Shown: positions 37,430 through 47,107, numbered from the stretch's first letter. The stretch: DNA of 64,000 nt from Candidatus Woesearchaeota archaeon (GCA_016211215.1 JACQSR010000014.1:14980-78979); one strand, 5' to 3'. Numbers and translations: made by a program. The notes: generated by a model from the letters alone, not told the origin.

Positions 37430-38437
37430 CTACGGCTTCCATTCCCTGAGTTTTGTCAGCACTTCAAGGGCCTTTCCGGAATCTATTGACTGCGATGCCT
37501 TCTTTACAGCGTCCTTCCAGCTGTCTGCCTTTCCTCCGGCTATAATTGCAGCTGCCGAATTCAGAATGACAACGTCGCGCTTCGGGCCTTTTTCTTTTCC
37601 CCTGAGTATGGACAATGTGATTGCAGCGTTTTCCTTTGGAGAGCCCCCCTTTATTTCAGTGAGCGAAGCAAGCTTGAACCCAAAGTCAACGGGATTTAAT
37701 TCGTAGGTCAGCACATGCCCGTCTTTGTATTCAGCAATTTTTGATTTCGCTTCAATTGTAATCTCGTCAATGCCGTTGCCGTGGACAACAAATGCGCGCT
37801 TAAGCCCAAGCTTGCCGAGGACTTCCGCCAATGGGGCAGTAAGCTTCTCGTCAAAGACTCCAACGACCTGGGCGGTTGCATTTGCAGGGTTTGTCAGGGG
37901 GCCAAGAATGTTGAAAACAGTTCTTATGCCCAGCTCCTTTCTTACCGGCATTGCATTTTTCATTGCCTCGTGGAACAACGGCGCAAACATAAAGCCAACT
38001 CCGACTTCATCGATGCATTTTTCAACATCTTTGGGCAACAGGTTTATGTTGACGCCCAGTTCGGCAAGCACGTCTGCAGAGCCGCATTTTGAGGAGACTG
38101 AGCGGTTGCCGTGCTTTGCAACGTGGATGCCGGCGCCAGCGACCACGAAAGCCGATGTTGTTGAGATGTTGAATGTGTCTGCCTTGTCGCCGCCGGTTCC
38201 GCAGGTGTCCACAAGAACCTTTGCCTTCGGGTGTATCCTTGAGGCCTTTTTTCTCATGACGGAAGCGCATGCGGTTATTTCGTCGACAGTCTCTCCTTTT
38301 ATTCGCAGAGCGACAAGAAATGCAGATATCAATGCGGGAGTTGCGAGGCCGGACATTATCTCATTCATTGAGTCTTCGGCTTCCCTGTAAGAAAGATTTT
38401 TTCCCTCGACAAGCTTCTGTATGGATTCCTGAATCAT
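37430..38437 (-). CDS. trpD: Anthranilate phosphoribosyltransferase
   Basis: DTCGTGGD and NGN-like motifs; 335 aa. Confidence 0.9.
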   Translation of the reverse strand: MIQESIQKLVEGKNLSYREAEDSMNEIMSGLATPALISAFLVALRIKGETVDEITACASVMRKKASRIHPKAKVLVDTCGTGGDKADTFNISTTSAFVVAGAGIHVAKHGNRSVSSKCGSADVLAELGVNINLLPKDVEKCIDEVGVGFMFAPLFHEAMKNAMPVRKELGIRTVFNILGPLTNPANATAQVVGVFDEKLTAPLAEVLGKLGLKRAFVVHGNGIDEITIEAKSKIAEYKDGHVLTYELNPVDFGFKLASLTEIKGGSPKENAAITLSILRGKEKGPKRDVVILNSAAAIIAGGKADSWKDAVKKASQSIDSGKALEVLTKLREWKP

Positions 38438-39006
38438 CTTTTTCTCATCATGTTCTCTATGATTTTCCCCCCTAAAGGCGTGAGAACTGACTCAGGATGG
38501 AACTGCACGCCTTCCAGCGGGAATTCCTTGTGGCGCACCGCCATTACGACATTTGATTCTGAACGGGCTGAAATCTCAAGACAATAGGGAACTTCGACTC
38601 CTGCAAGGCTATGATAGCGCCCGGCCTTGAAATTATTGGGTATGCCCGCAAAGATTGTTTTTCCGTCGTGGTGTATAACAGAAGGTTTCCCGTGGACTAT
38701 CTCGTGCGCCCTTGCAACCTTGCCGCCCATTGCTTCTATTATGCACTGATGGCCGAGGCATATCCCCATGATTGGGATTTGCTGATAGTATGCTTTTATC
38801 AATGGGATGCATATTCCTGCATTTGCTGGATTCGATGGACCTGGCGAAAGCACTATTAATCTTGGCTTGAACTGCTTTATGACCTGCTCCATAGTCTTCA
38901 TATCAGTGTTGTTCCTGTAAACAAGGACTTCGCATCCGCGCTTTTCGAATTCATCCACTAAATTATAGGTGAACGAATCAAAGTTGTCGATGAGGAGTAT
39001 GTTCAT
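38434..39006 (-). CDS. trpG: Anthranilate synthase component II (glutamine amidotransferase)
   Basis: GICLGHQ catalytic Cys and FHPES His motif; 190 aa. Confidence 0.85.
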   Translation of the reverse strand: MNILLIDNFDSFTYNLVDEFEKRGCEVLVYRNNTDMKTMEQVIKQFKPRLIVLSPGPSNPANAGICIPLIKAYYQQIPIMGICLGHQCIIEAMGGKVARAHEIVHGKPSVIHHDGKTIFAGIPNNFKAGRYHSLAGVEVPYCLEISARSESNVVMAVRHKEFPLEGVQFHPESVLTPLGGKIIENMMRKR

Positions 39007-39025
39007 TGGAAATCACCCAAAATTT

Positions 39026-40609
39026 TCACTTGAAGCCTCCTGAAAGCTCTATTGCCTTCATGCACGCTTGAGCCTTCCTTTCGGTTTCCTGGAACTCGCT
39101 TTCCGGAATGCTGTCAAACACTATTCCTGCGCCGGCCCTTATGTATGCCTTTTTGTTTTTCAGGCGCATGGAGCGTATTATGATTGCAGAATCAAACTCT
39201 CCCTGGGGGGTTAAGTAGCCAACTGCGCCGCCGTAAAATCCGCGCTTGTTTTTTTCCGCAAGCCTTATCAGCTTTGTTGCCATCACTTTAGGGCAGCCTG
39301 TCAAAGTGCCCATGTTCATGGAAGCGAGGTATGCGTGCAGCGCGTCAAGGTTTTCTTTCATTTCCCCCCTTACATTTGAGACCAAATGCTGGACGTGGGA
39401 ATACTTTTCCACAAAGAATGGTTTGTCAACGTACCTTGTGCCGGGCTTGGAAACCCTTGCCACGTCGTTTCTTGCCAAATCAACAAGCATGGTGTGCTCC
39501 GCAAGCTCCTTCTGGTCTGTTTTCAGCTCAATTTCGTACCTCGAATCAAGGTCTTCGTCAATCTTGTCCTTGTTAAGGCCTCTTGGTTTTGTACCCGCAA
39601 TAGGCCGTATCTGAACTAAATTGCCCGATACCTTGATGGACATTTCCGGTGATGCTCCCAAGAGAACGCCTTCGCCACCGTTTATGTAAAACATGTAGGG
39701 CGATGGGTTTAACCGCCTTAAGTTTTTGTAAATATCCAGGGGCTCTGCGTTGTAATTTGTGATTATGGTTCTTGATGGAACAACCTGCACAACATCGCCG
39801 TTGATAATGTGCTCCTTCATCTTAAGGACAATCCTCTTGAATTCTTCCTCTGACGTGTCTGTTTCAATAATCTGCTTTACCGGCTTGAATTTCGGAACTT
39901 TTGGCGGCTGGGATTCGATTGCCTTTTTGTAATACTGCAGCGTTTTTTGCAGCCTCTGGTGCGTTGCGCTCCTGGATTCGTGGGTTATCACCGCGTTGAT
40001 TACAATGTATGTCTTGCCTTCCATGTGGTTTGTGACAAAGAGGTTGTCGAGATAGTAAAACTCGTAATCCGGGTCGTTCAACGGGTTGTTTGTGTTTTTT
40101 GGCAGGTCCTCAAACTGGTCTATGAAATCAAATGAAAATGCACCGAAAAGGCCGCATGTCGGGAACTTTGATTCCGGAGCCTTGAACGCATTGCTGATGG
40201 TGCGCAATATGTCTATGTGGGTTTTCAGCTTAAGGCGCTGGTCTTCGCTCACCATCTTTCTTTTAGGGGTTAGCCTTCCGGTTATTGCCCCCTTCTTGAA
40301 CACCGCTGAATCGCAGAACTTGAAGTCCTTCTTTATCAGGTGCAGCATCTGGAGTCCCTGCTGGTTTAATGCCCTAATCTGGAACTGCTCTCCCCTGCCC
40401 GTTATATGAAGAGATGGATTTGCCGAGCCTATGCTTTTTTCGCCATAGCGCTCAACGTAGTCTGCAGACTCGAATAACAGCGAGTTTTTCCTTCTCCCAT
40501 AGTCCGAAAGCTTGGAAAACAGCCCTACAGCATCCGTATTTGGGACTTCCTCAACTATTGGAATTACGCTTCCCGGCTTCGCTTTTTTTAGCGTTTCAAT
40601 GTCTATCAT
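39026..40609 (-). CDS. trpE: Anthranilate synthase component I. The ORF track uses a TTG at 40624; the first ATG (MIDIETLKKA) is at 40609
   Basis: Chorismate-binding C-terminal domain (GAVGYLT..G..D, IRAGAGIV); first gene of the operon. TATA-like TTAATAAAT about 30 nt upstream on the minus strand. Confidence 0.85.
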   Translation of the reverse strand: MIDIETLKKAKPGSVIPIVEEVPNTDAVGLFSKLSDYGRRKNSLLFESADYVERYGEKSIGSANPSLHITGRGEQFQIRALNQQGLQMLHLIKKDFKFCDSAVFKKGAITGRLTPKRKMVSEDQRLKLKTHIDILRTISNAFKAPESKFPTCGLFGAFSFDFIDQFEDLPKNTNNPLNDPDYEFYYLDNLFVTNHMEGKTYIVINAVITHESRSATHQRLQKTLQYYKKAIESQPPKVPKFKPVKQIIETDTSEEEFKRIVLKMKEHIINGDVVQVVPSRTIITNYNAEPLDIYKNLRRLNPSPYMFYINGGEGVLLGASPEMSIKVSGNLVQIRPIAGTKPRGLNKDKIDEDLDSRYEIELKTDQKELAEHTMLVDLARNDVARVSKPGTRYVDKPFFVEKYSHVQHLVSNVRGEMKENLDALHAYLASMNMGTLTGCPKVMATKLIRLAEKNKRGFYGGAVGYLTPQGEFDSAIIIRSMRLKNKKAYIRAGAGIVFDSIPESEFQETERKAQACMKAIELSGGFK

Positions 40610-40857
40610 TTTTCTGAAATGCAATTATCGTGAAATTTATTAAGGTTTGGTAAAAAATTGCTGAAATTAGATGAAAATCGGGAGATAAGGTTAAATATGC
40701 CTTTTTCCAAGGTTCTAAGACCATTTAATCGTTTTCTAACTGTCCATAACACAAAGAAGTTTTATCCAGAGCCAAAAGTAGTAAATCTGCTTCCCTTACA
40801 TGAAAAGAGATAGAATAAGCGGAGTTTATAAAGTTCTACTGGAAAGGTGGGATTTTT

Positions 40858-40888
40858 AATTAACTACTCTGGAATAGTTAATTACCGA
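40858..40888. promoter_or_regulatory. Perfect 10-bp inverted repeat TAATTAACTA-N8-TAGTTAATTA, immediately upstream of the Fic gene TATA box (GATTATAAAC)
   Basis: Palindrome seen directly; centred about 50 nt upstream of the 40923 start. Confidence 0.45.
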
Positions 40889-40922
40889 AAAGATTATAAA
40901 CCCTTACGCTTTAAATGGGGTA

Positions 40923-41885
40923 ATGGTAAAGAAAACCCTGCAAAACATAGATTCAATATTAAGCCGTATTAATACTCATCCGGAATTCTCCATTTTGCTA
41001 CGGGCTGAGATTATAAAACAAATGTGGGATGAAGCTACAAGGCATTCGATAGGTATCGAAACCCAGGCCGAATCCGATGGAACCAATAAAACCAAAAGGA
41101 AAAATGGCAACGGCGAAGCGTATCAAAACTTGACTGAAGCTATAAAACACTTATCAACATATGGTATATCCACATCAGTTCTTTCTTCACTTGGCCATAA
41201 AATAGAACCGGAAGGTCAGCCAGAAAATACATTCAGGCAGGTCGAAGTGCAATTCGGTGGGTTTGCTCCCCCATCTCCAAGGGTTTTGATGCAGGACGTT
41301 GATAACCTGGTTCGCAGGCTTGAAACATTCCAACATCCGGTTGAACGTGCAATAGAAGCCCACCTTGATATGGTTAGAATTCACCCATATACAGATGGAA
41401 ACGGGCGAGCAGCTAGGTTACTGCAGAATTTCTGCCTTCAGCAAAGCGGTTATCCGCCTGCGATAATACCCTCAACAGACAGGGATATTTACATAAGTCT
41501 TATAGCGGGTGCACTTTCTGACAGATACACATTAAAAAGCTCGTACGATAAGCCAAGCGAGAAAGAAGATTTATTCAGGATGTTCATTGCAGCAAAAGTT
41601 CTTGCATCCACTGAAAGGCTGGAAAACGAGCTAAAATCAAAGAGAAGGTATTCCATAATGTTAAGTGGGGTTGATGGGAAAGGACTTGCAATAACTCTTT
41701 GTGACAACCTTAGAGGTTATGGGAAAAAAGACCCACACAGGGGTATCACTTCCGGTATTGAAAAGATGAGGGGGGGTTACGTTATAAACGTTACTGGGAA
41801 TGTTAGCTCAGATGAGTTAGATAGTATTATGGGGCCTTTGTCAAAAAGGTACCACATAAAGTACAAACTGAAGACGTTGGTTTAA
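40923..41885 (+). CDS. Fic/Doc-family protein (AMPylase-type toxin domain)
   Basis: Canonical Fic motif HPYTDGNGRAARLL. Confidence 0.75.
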   Translation: MVKKTLQNIDSILSRINTHPEFSILLRAEIIKQMWDEATRHSIGIETQAESDGTNKTKRKNGNGEAYQNLTEAIKHLSTYGISTSVLSSLGHKIEPEGQPENTFRQVEVQFGGFAPPSPRVLMQDVDNLVRRLETFQHPVERAIEAHLDMVRIHPYTDGNGRAARLLQNFCLQQSGYPPAIIPSTDRDIYISLIAGALSDRYTLKSSYDKPSEKEDLFRMFIAAKVLASTERLENELKSKRRYSIMLSGVDGKGLAITLCDNLRGYGKKDPHRGITSGIEKMRGGYVINVTGNVSSDELDSIMGPLSKRYHIKYKLKTLV

Positions 41886-42097
41886 TCTTGTAGCAACATT
41901 GAAGGGGAAATAATCGATAAAGAGAAGTGCATTAAAATATGCAGGGTTACAAGTATCAAAGGGATAATACATTCTGAGTTGGGAGGGCTTCTTGAGGGGA
42001 ATGAAAAGAATGATTGCCTAAAGAAAGGAGTCAGTTACTCAGGGGGCTAAGTCTGGACTAGAAAGCAATAAAAAGCAGGTTAGATTCCCCTGCACTC

Positions 42098-43054
42098 ATG
42101 CAAACACAAGAACTCATAAATCTCATTATGTGGGATAATTCTGAATGTAAAATCAGGTCAGATGCAAAGGATTTTGATGGAGCATTTTTAATACATGGTG
42201 TGGCAGTTTTTTTATCAAGAAGGGGTGTTGCGGAAGGGATAAACCCTGATTACCTTGCCTTTTCCCTTGCAAATAGGGCTTATTCGGAGCGACAGCTTGG
42301 AAGATACGATGTTTCATTGGATACCCTTGAAGAAGCGCTTTTATGTGTGGAGAAAAGTACAACAAGTTTTGGGCGTGGCCGTGTTCTTGAGGAAATGGCT
42401 CTTGTGCACAGGTACCGTGGAGTCGATAAGGAAAAAGACCTGGAAATTGCTTTGCCACTCGCAGAAAAGGCTATTGAGGCTTACGAAAAGGGACTTTCTG
42501 CCCGTGCGGATGGGGAGATTGTTGATAGGAAGGAGATTTATGACAGGTTCTGCCGGGTTACCGGTATTGCAGGCATGATATATGCAGAATTAGGAAGATT
42601 AAAAAGTGGAGAAGAAAAACAAGTTCTACTTAAAAAAGGCGCTGAATATGCGTTTAAAGAGGTATGGCTAAGAAAGATTGGGGGCATAGATAAAGGCGAG
42701 GCATACAGCAACGCATGCCACTCGGCAGGAGCTGCTCTCACCGAGTCCGTAGGGCAAGATACAGTCGATGAATATCACAAAGCTAAGGACTGCCTGTTAG
42801 AAGCGGGGGTAGATGCCTCAGAAGCAACAAAAGCTGTATTGAAATTACGCCTTGCATGGCTTGAGTATAAGCATGCAGATCCTTCACATGAAAGCGAAAT
42901 GAGAAATCTTTTTGACACGTTCATGTCAGACCCTATTGTTGGAACAAAAGGGTTTAAAGGTGTAAGAGATGCTCTTCGTGTCCAGGTGGAGACTCTCTCA
43001 AAACAGTTTGGCGAGCCTTACCTATCCCAAGCCGAAAAGTTCTATAGTTCATGA
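42098..43054 (+). CDS. Hypothetical all-alpha (TPR-like) protein downstream of the Fic gene
   Basis: 318 aa; helical repeats rich in A/E/L/K/Y. Confidence 0.4.
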   Translation: MQTQELINLIMWDNSECKIRSDAKDFDGAFLIHGVAVFLSRRGVAEGINPDYLAFSLANRAYSERQLGRYDVSLDTLEEALLCVEKSTTSFGRGRVLEEMALVHRYRGVDKEKDLEIALPLAEKAIEAYEKGLSARADGEIVDRKEIYDRFCRVTGIAGMIYAELGRLKSGEEKQVLLKKGAEYAFKEVWLRKIGGIDKGEAYSNACHSAGAALTESVGQDTVDEYHKAKDCLLEAGVDASEATKAVLKLRLAWLEYKHADPSHESEMRNLFDTFMSDPIVGTKGFKGVRDALRVQVETLSKQFGEPYLSQAEKFYSS

Positions 43055-43123
43055 GACAGATGAACTTCTTTCGGGGCATCCTGGTTTGCAAGTTTTTATA
43101 AAGCTGATATTTTTCTACCCTTC

Positions 43124-43436
43124 TTCGTGGGGCCATGGTGTAACTTGGCCAACATTGGGTCTTCGGGGGACTCAGCTCGGGGTTCAAATGTAAGGGCTGC
43201 GCCGTGAGAGACTGCACCTGATGGAAACAACGAGTTTCCAGCACATCCACAACTATGCGGATGCTTCACACGCTGGCAGTCAAGTGGGATTTTCAATCCC
43301 ACGGACTTTGCTGAAGTGAAGAAAAATGCAACCCTTAATGAAAGTCCCCGTGGCCCCATATCTAAGGGTTGCACCCGATAGACCCCCGCAGTTAAGTGGG
43401 ACTTGCAGTCCCACGAACTGCACGATTTAAGAAATT
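43124..43436 (+). ncRNA. Hairpin-dense intergenic region / candidate structured RNA(s); includes two ~35-nt paralogous hairpin units (43277-43313, 43389-43424)
   Basis: Possible long-range 10-bp helix GGGGCCAUGG (43126-35) / CCGUGGCCCC (43349-58); 10-bp hairpin GCAACCCTTA...TAAGGGTTGC (these two are mutually exclusive unless a pseudoknot forms); GTGGGAT-TTTCA-ATCCCAC and GTGGGAC-TTGCA-GTCCCAC hairpins with a compensatory T:A to C:G change. Confidence 0.3.
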
Positions 43437-43889
43437 CTACTTGAATATTTCCTGAATAACTTTTTCAGCAACGCTTCTCTTTTTCGGAAATGACGCAATG
43501 CTGATTCTAATGTGGAAGCAGTTGCCTGAATCCGTAACCTGAAAGATGTTTTCATCAATTAATTTGTCCTTTTCGAGGCGAATGAAGAAATCCATATCCT
43601 CATCAAGCCTCGAATGGAGCTGGCGGATTAGAAGCTGTTTTTGGTCCGCGGAAAGCTTTTCCCTGAGATTGTCAATAAATGGATTTGTATGCCTCTCTTT
43701 TGTCAGCACAACTTTGTAAATCAGGATTGCGCTTTCGTCTGCCGCAGTAGCCTTCGTGGATTCTATCGGGATTTTTTCCTGCTCAAGGTCAAACGGAAAC
43801 AGCTCTTTCAGCCTTGAAAGAACCATCTCCTCCCCTGCTTTTGCAAATACTGTCACCTGGATGGTGTGCGCGAGTTTCACGAACTGCAC
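43437..43889 (-). CDS. UPF0201/DUF54-family archaeal protein
   Basis: N-terminal VTVFAKAGEEMVLSRLKELFP pattern typical of UPF0201; 150 aa. Confidence 0.45.
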   Translation of the reverse strand: MQFVKLAHTIQVTVFAKAGEEMVLSRLKELFPFDLEQEKIPIESTKATAADESAILIYKVVLTKERHTNPFIDNLREKLSADQKQLLIRQLHSRLDEDMDFFIRLEKDKLIDENIFQVTDSGNCFHIRISIASFPKKRSVAEKVIQEIFK

Positions 43890-43964
43890 TAATTACCAGG
43901 GATATTTAAATCATTGGGAAACAAAAAAGTAAAGATATAAATACATACCTATAGGGGGGGAGAC

Positions 43965-44849
43965 ATGAAACACACCATTGCGCCGAGCCTCATGCTGATA
44001 GGGCTTTTCGTGGTTTCCCAGGCTGCGGGGCTTGCAATAATAAGCGCGGATGCGAAAATTAACATGCTGCCTTCCGGCGAGATTGAGGTTTTCCACGGCA
44101 ATACTGCGCTTGGGGAAAGGCCGCAAATCCAGGGTGGCACAACAACTGCATACATCCTCGGGGCATTGATATTTGGAACTGTGCTGCTTCTCGTGATTAT
44201 AAGATTCGGAAAAATCAGGCTTTGGAAAATATGGTACTTCACTGCAGTATGGGCAACAATAACTGTCTCCATCGGAGTTTTCCTGCACCCCATTGCTTCC
44301 GGCGCAATTGCGCTTTTGCTTGCAATCGCAAAGATATTCAGGCCAGGCCTGATAACACACAACACAACGGAAGTGCTGATGTATTCGGGCATTGCACTGC
44401 TCTTTGTGCCGCTGCTGAACATAAAATGGATGATTGTCGTTTTACTGATAATTTCTGCCTATGACGCCTATGCGGTGTGGAAGAGCAAGCACATGATAAA
44501 AATGGCAAAGTTCACTATGGATTCAAAGGTCTTTGCCGGTCTCGCAATTCCCTACAAAGGCGAGAAGATTGTGGGAAAGGGCTTAAGCAAAGGGCAGGGC
44601 CGAACTGCAATACTTGGGGGCGGCGATGTTGCGTTTCCGCTCATGTTTTCAGGGGTTGTGATGGAAGGGCTAATGTCGGGCGGAATTTCAGGGGCTTTTG
44701 CATATTACGAATCACTTATCATCGTGGGATTTGCAACAATAGCGCTGAGTTTCCTGCTGATTAAGGGAAAGAAAGGAAGATTCTATCCCGCAATGCCGTT
44801 CCTTACTGCAGCGTGCCTCCTTGGGTACGGGGTAATATTACTTCTCTGA
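43965..44849 (+). CDS. Presenilin/signal-peptide-peptidase-like intramembrane aspartyl protease (archaeal PSH-type)
   Basis: YD motif (ISAYDAYAVW), GxGD motif (LGGGDVAFP), PAL-like PAMP near the C-terminus; about 8-9 TM helices. Confidence 0.65.
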   Translation: MKHTIAPSLMLIGLFVVSQAAGLAIISADAKINMLPSGEIEVFHGNTALGERPQIQGGTTTAYILGALIFGTVLLLVIIRFGKIRLWKIWYFTAVWATITVSIGVFLHPIASGAIALLLAIAKIFRPGLITHNTTEVLMYSGIALLFVPLLNIKWMIVVLLIISAYDAYAVWKSKHMIKMAKFTMDSKVFAGLAIPYKGEKIVGKGLSKGQGRTAILGGGDVAFPLMFSGVVMEGLMSGGISGAFAYYESLIIVGFATIALSFLLIKGKKGRFYPAMPFLTAACLLGYGVILLL

Positions 44850-45710
44850 ACCAAAAATCTCATTGAGGGTTTTATTCTCTTCAATCGCCTGTACAATGTC
44901 CACATCCTTCGCCGGGGTCAGTTCAGTAACTTCTGCATTCTTTGGCGGAGAAAAAACATTCAATGTCATCTGCCCCTGGGAAACTGAATAATTCACAGGA
45001 TTGACAACCATCCCGTCCTTTGCGGCTATCACCTGTACGCCGGTTTCATTTTGGAGCTCTCTAGCAGCAATGATAGGGTCGTACTCCATCATGGAAATCC
45101 CAAAGTGGGTGATTATGCACAGCCTGGGCTTCACTTCGGAGATAATTTTCAATGCGTCATTGACAGAAAGATTCTTGCCGTCGCCCTTCACTGAAACCAC
45201 ATTCAAAATCAGCACATTCGAATTTCTGTAAAATTCTATCAGCCTTCTTGAATACATTGCGTCAGAGCTGTATGACAGCGTGAATTCGGTTGTGTAAAAC
45301 TTGAATCCCACTGTTGAAGGGTCTGAATGGTCGCACGGCAGCATTTGAATCTCAACGTCGTTTATGCCTATGCGCTGATGAGGCCTAAGCACTATAAAGC
45401 GCTCAAGGCATTTCTTGTAAAACTCCTGAAGCACTGGCTGCTGACTTGAGCTTCCGTTGATTACCGTGTCAGATGCCAATAGAACGCCTTTCTTGTCAAA
45501 CCCGCGGTAAGTCATTGCATCTATAACTGCATTTAGGTCATTTGAATGGTTCATGTGGGAATGCGAGACAAGAATTGCAGTGTTTGCCCTGAGATTTACC
45601 CCATATTCATGCGCCTTTGCCAATGCACCGGGTCCCGGGTCGATGTGGAACTGGTTTTCTCCAACCTGCAGAACAATGCCTCCCGAAGAGCGCAGCTGCC
45701 TGCCTAACAC
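44838..45710 (-). CDS. MBL-fold metallo-hydrolase
   Basis: HxHxDH-type motif (VSHSHMNHSND) and beta-lactamase-fold length. Confidence 0.6.
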   Translation of the reverse strand: MLGRQLRSSGGIVLQVGENQFHIDPGPGALAKAHEYGVNLRANTAILVSHSHMNHSNDLNAVIDAMTYRGFDKKGVLLASDTVINGSSSQQPVLQEFYKKCLERFIVLRPHQRIGINDVEIQMLPCDHSDPSTVGFKFYTTEFTLSYSSDAMYSRRLIEFYRNSNVLILNVVSVKGDGKNLSVNDALKIISEVKPRLCIITHFGISMMEYDPIIAARELQNETGVQVIAAKDGMVVNPVNYSVSQGQMTLNVFSPPKNAEVTELTPAKDVDIVQAIEENKTLNEIFGSEK

Positions 45711-45887
45711 ATAAGTGTCCCCTGCAGTTCCGAGAAATGTTATTGATGAAATTTTGGCCCCCGAGAGGCGAGTATTCTGCGAAGTTAATAAATTTTTTGA
45801 TTTGGGTTGCCCATACCCTCACTTGTAAACTGATGTAAAGCGTGTATTAAAGCAACCTTTATAAGGCATTATTTACTCTACCATACC

Positions 45888-46158
45888 GCAGGCTAGGTTG
45901 GGAAGATAGCACTCTCCTGTCACTCCAGACGTGCTTAGGGAGGACTGAATGCCGGAATGAGGGTGCATCAGATTGCATTGGTCTTGGCCTGGACGAAGAC
46001 GCTTTGTCCTGCTGGGCTGATGCTTCTGGGAAACGTGTCAGGTCAGGAATGAAGCAGCACTAACCTTTTGCATTGGTGTCTTCAGGGTTGCAGAGCCGAG
46101 GAAAGGACAAGGCAAACCATTGCAGTTTGGTGTATTCGACTTCCGGATGCCTGCACTT
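45888..46158 (+). ncRNA. Signal recognition particle (7S) RNA candidate
   Basis: Helix-8 signature GUCAGGUCAGGAAUGAAGCAGCAC (46036-46060); Alu-domain-like CCUGUCACUCCAGAC; 5' GCAGGC pairs with 3' GCCUGC; followed by an oligo-T (TTTTATTT) terminator; TATA CTTTATAAGG about 25 nt upstream. Confidence 0.55.
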
Positions 46159-47061
46159 TTATTTCGCATAACTCAGCCAGCTCCCGTATTTCTTGTTCCT
46201 TCCCTGAACAACATCTAGAAATGCAGTTTTGAGCTTTCTTGTAATTGGGCCTATGCTGCCATTGCCTATCACTGTTTCATCAATCTGCTTTATTCCGGTT
46301 ACCTCTGCGGCAGTTCCTGTATAGAAGCATTCGTCCGCTGATTTTGCATCTTTTACCGAGATTACTTTTTCTTCAGAATCGTGGCCTAAATCCCTTGCAA
46401 TCTTTATTATTGAATCCCTTGTAATGCCCGGCAGGATGTTTCCAAGCGGAGGGGTATATAATTTTCCTTTTTTAATCATGAAGAAATTTTCTCCGGGGCC
46501 TTCTGCAATGTTGCCTGTATAATCAAGAAGCAAACATTCCTGGTATCCGGATTCCTTTGCCTCAAGGCTTGCAAGTATGGAATTGACATAATGGCCGGAG
46601 ACCTTTGCGTCAGAGATTAGTGATTTGGGGTGTATTCTCATGTACTTTGAAACCTTTACCTTAACTGCCTCCTCGCCCAAATAAGAGCCCCAGGGCCAGA
46701 CTGCGATTGCAACATCAACAGGAGCCCCTTCAGGGTTCAGTCCCATTTTTCCATAGCCGAAGAACGCAATTGGCCTTATGTATCCTGCGCCGATTTTGTT
46801 TTTCCTTATCGTCTCCAAAGTTGCTTCCTCAAGCTGCTGCTGGGTGAATGGAATTTTCATGTTAAAGACTTTTGCAGACTTAAGCAGCCTTGCAGTGTGC
46901 TCCTTCAGCCTGAAAACCGCAGGGCCTTTATCGGTCTTGTAGAACCTTATCCCCTCGAAGACAGCAGAGCCGTAATGCAACGCGTGGACCAAAACGTGGA
47001 TTTTTGCATCCTCCCATTTTACAAGCTTTCCGTTGAACCAAATATAGTCTGTCTTGTCCAT
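46159..47061 (-). CDS. ilvE: Branched-chain amino acid aminotransferase
   Basis: Fold-type IV PLP enzyme motifs (…EGIRFY…, TGTAAEV), 300 aa. Confidence 0.85.
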   Translation of the reverse strand: MDKTDYIWFNGKLVKWEDAKIHVLVHALHYGSAVFEGIRFYKTDKGPAVFRLKEHTARLLKSAKVFNMKIPFTQQQLEEATLETIRKNKIGAGYIRPIAFFGYGKMGLNPEGAPVDVAIAVWPWGSYLGEEAVKVKVSKYMRIHPKSLISDAKVSGHYVNSILASLEAKESGYQECLLLDYTGNIAEGPGENFFMIKKGKLYTPPLGNILPGITRDSIIKIARDLGHDSEEKVISVKDAKSADECFYTGTAAEVTGIKQIDETVIGNGSIGPITRKLKTAFLDVVQGRNKKYGSWLSYAK

Positions 47062-47107
47062 TCGGCAAAGAATTTGATTTATGTTTATAAATGTTGTTTA
47101 ATCTTGA

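Noticed and set aside
43124-43360. RNase P RNA or a second SRP RNA
   Set aside because: GAAAGUCC is present but near the 3' side, not in the CR-I position, and no ACAGAA-CCGGCUUA-type 3' P4 strand was found. SRP helix-8 consensus is absent here and is present in the 45888-46158 candidate instead.
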